Below, one piece after another: positions 62,150 to 64,000 of a stretch of 64,000 nt of DNA. Positions within the stretch are counted from its first letter, which is position 1, and every line of letters starts with the position of its first letter. The DNA lies in NCBI GenBank assembly GCA_965112155.1, contig OZ218107.1; one strand, 5' to 3'. A program made the translations under genes and the position numbers. Under the pieces are notes generated by a model that made no database searches, was not told the origin of the DNA, and worked only from the letters and a program-made list of their open reading frames with translations. Source of the stretch: Podarcis liolepis. Lineage: Eukaryota.

Positions 62150-62832
62150 AATCATGGACCCCCTATGGAGGGTGGTGTCTTGCAGGCTGGCCAGGCATTG
62201 GCTGTTGGCCTGTCCGAGGCATTGGGTGGAATCCTAGTCTTCAGATGCTGGGTGAAGTGGTGCATCAGAAGAGTTTGAAGAAGAGTTTGGATTTGATATC
62301 CCGCCTTTCACTCCCTTTAAGGAGTCTCAAAGCGGCTAACATTATCCTTTCCCTTCCTCCCCCACAACAAACACTCTGTGAGGTGAGTGGGGCTGAGAGA
62401 CTTCAGAGAAGTGTGACTGGCCCAAGGTCACCCAGCAGCTGCATGTGGAGGAGCGGAGACGCAAACCTGGTTCACCAGATTACGAGTCCACTGCTCTTAA
62501 CCACTACACCACACTGGCTCTCAGTGGCATAGGCAAGGTACCCCATTAGAGGGGTCACAGTGGAAATTCCTGACCAGAAGCCAAGCATAGGGCAAATGGG
62601 CCACAGAGTTTCCAGCAGCAGCCTTGGGATGGCCAACTCAGTAGATCAACATCTTAGAGGGGCTATAATCCTGTCTTGTCCCTGCAGCAGTTCCATCCCT
62701 CCAGCAGGAGGCTGGAATGCATTTACACCCAATGCCTCAGCCAAAGTTACACCTACACTTGTAATCAATAAAGTTGTGACCAATTTTTATCCAGATCATT
62801 GTCTGCTTGCATTTGTTCTGTCACACTTCACA
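62150..62832 (+). mobile_element. Diverged LTR-like repeat interrupted by a SINE
   Basis: cacttg-taatcaataaagttgtg shared with the 44-kb copy; ends ...cttcaca. Confidence 0.5.
62289..62522 (-). mobile_element. tRNA-derived SINE (CORE/MIR-like)
   Basis: Minus strand starts GAGAGCCAGTGTGGTGTAGTGGTTAAGAGC (A box), then a B-box-like motif and a GTGACCTTGGGC core. Confidence 0.8.
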
Positions 62833-63098
62833 TAGTATTAGGCCAGGGAAGGGAGGCACTGTGACTGGGACCACAACTGGAAGTGCTCCACATACAAGAA
62901 CAATAGCACAATTAGCACTTTGGCACCTCACAAATGCTCTTTGCATTTTTTAATGATAGAACTATGTATATGATAAGCTATTTTGCAAAGACATATAATA
63001 ATAATCACAGGCATAGCATTATTTATTTTGCTGAGATTAAGTTTTTTTTAAAAAAAATTGGATGTATACAAAGTTAAGACAACAAAACCAGTACTTAC

Positions 63099-63204
63099 CT
63101 AGGGGGTGGCTTTCCTTTTGCTTCACACTGTATTACAATATTCTCCCTTGGATCAACAATATAGTCTTTTGGAGACTGTTGTGTTATTGTCGGAGGCTGT
63201 GGTA
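63099..63204 (-). CDS. NRCAM: NRCAM exon, Ig1 part 1 (106 nt)
   Basis: aaaAG|TA CCA CAG...CCT AG|GTAAGT; [34 protein letters not shown]. Confidence 0.95.
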
Positions 63205-63501
63205 CTTTTTATGAAATATAATTAAAAAGTAAAAGGAAATATTCAATTATATCTTCTAAAAGAAGCACAAAACCACTTTTGTTAAAAAAAAAAGTTTAAA
63301 AAGAAGCAAATCACAGAAATAGTGCTGTTAACCACAAACATCTAGTGTGCTGCAATCCTGTACAAATCTACAGGAGACTAAATTCACATGAGTTTAATGG
63401 CGAATGTTACCGTTGCATGCCTCTAGGACTACAGTTTGAGTTTATAAAACAAAATCTCTGACATTTCTTATTATAGGCAGTTGCATATGATCATCATTTC
63501 G

Positions 63502-63995
63502 CCAGTGTACCATGGCACCCTGGGGTGCCTTGAATGATGGTCAGGGGTGCCACAGACAACACTGGCCTCCATCCCTCTTCCCCCCTCCTCTGATGCGCTC
63601 TTGAGTCTCTGCCTCCCAAAGGCTTGCACAGCTGTTTGTTACAGCACCCTGGCTACAAGCTCCCTAGGCGAATGGCGCCTCTGGGGCTGGTCAAGGGGTG
63701 CTTCCCAGACCCCTTTGGGGCAGTGTGAGAAGACAGTTCTCTTTGGGGTGTAGGGGGGACAGCTCAGAGACCAGGGGCGGAAGCAGCAGCTGCCCAGAGG
63801 ACTCCCAAGGAGAGAGGAGAGGAGAAGAGGCTGAGGGAACACTCCACAATGGAGGGTGTTTGAAAAAGGGTGAGAGGCTGCCAGCTCTGCAGTCATGGGG
63901 TGACATAACTGGGCTCTTGAGCCCCACAGGGGTGCCACAGAAAGAATGTAGTTGGTCAAGGGAGCCATGGACACAGAAAGGTTGAAAACCTCTGC
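63502..63995. mobile_element. Non-autonomous DNA-transposon-like element
   Basis: Repeated ggggtgcc subterminal motifs at both ends and a hAT-like right end ggttgaaaacctctg. Confidence 0.5.
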
Positions 63996-64000
63996 CTTAC

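Larger units (their letters stand above)
14293..63204 (-). other. NRCAM: NRCAM gene body (partial): 26 coding exons, Ig1-6, FN3 1-5, TM and start of the cytoplasmic tail
   Basis: All exons are bounded by AG/GT with consistent phases. The spliced translation matches NrCAM, e.g. [53 protein letters not shown] and [18 protein letters not shown]. Confidence 0.98.

Noticed and set aside
63205-63215. Purine-rich acceptors (cataaaaAG; also ttaaaAG at 33940)
   Set aside because: Exon length and frame fit exactly and upstream pyrimidine tracts are present, so these are ordinary weak sites.
208-63985. The many remaining 60-170 aa ORFs in the track
   Set aside because: They are antisense to exons, lie in repeats or microsatellites, or are random intronic ORFs without recognisable domains.

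Overview
This is vertebrate genomic DNA from a squamate, probably a lacertid lizard (inferred from Sauria-SINE, Squam-type SINE, CR1 and Penelope repeats). Most of the window is the NRCAM gene (L1-family neuronal cell adhesion molecule) on the minus strand. I could splice 26 GT-AG coding exons in frame from Ig1 (63204) through six Ig domains, five FN3 repeats and the transmembrane segment to the first cytoplasmic exon (14293). The signal-peptide exons lie to the right of the window. I did not find the final FIGQY exon, which probably lies to the left. Main finding: the intron after the first cytoplasmic exon holds a sense-oriented DIRS1-gag / LAP2alpha-like ORF with no recognisable pol. It has two splice acceptors that both join NRCAM in frame, plus a stop codon and AATAAA. 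This resembles a TMPO/LAP2alpha-style co-opted alternative last exon, now cut by a frameshift and a young CR1 insertion. A second decayed gag copy lies just downstream. The gene also appears to have lost the FN3-3 furin site and both splice sites of the 12-aa cassette exon. Comparisons with human and chick NrCAM are from memory and need checking by alignment.
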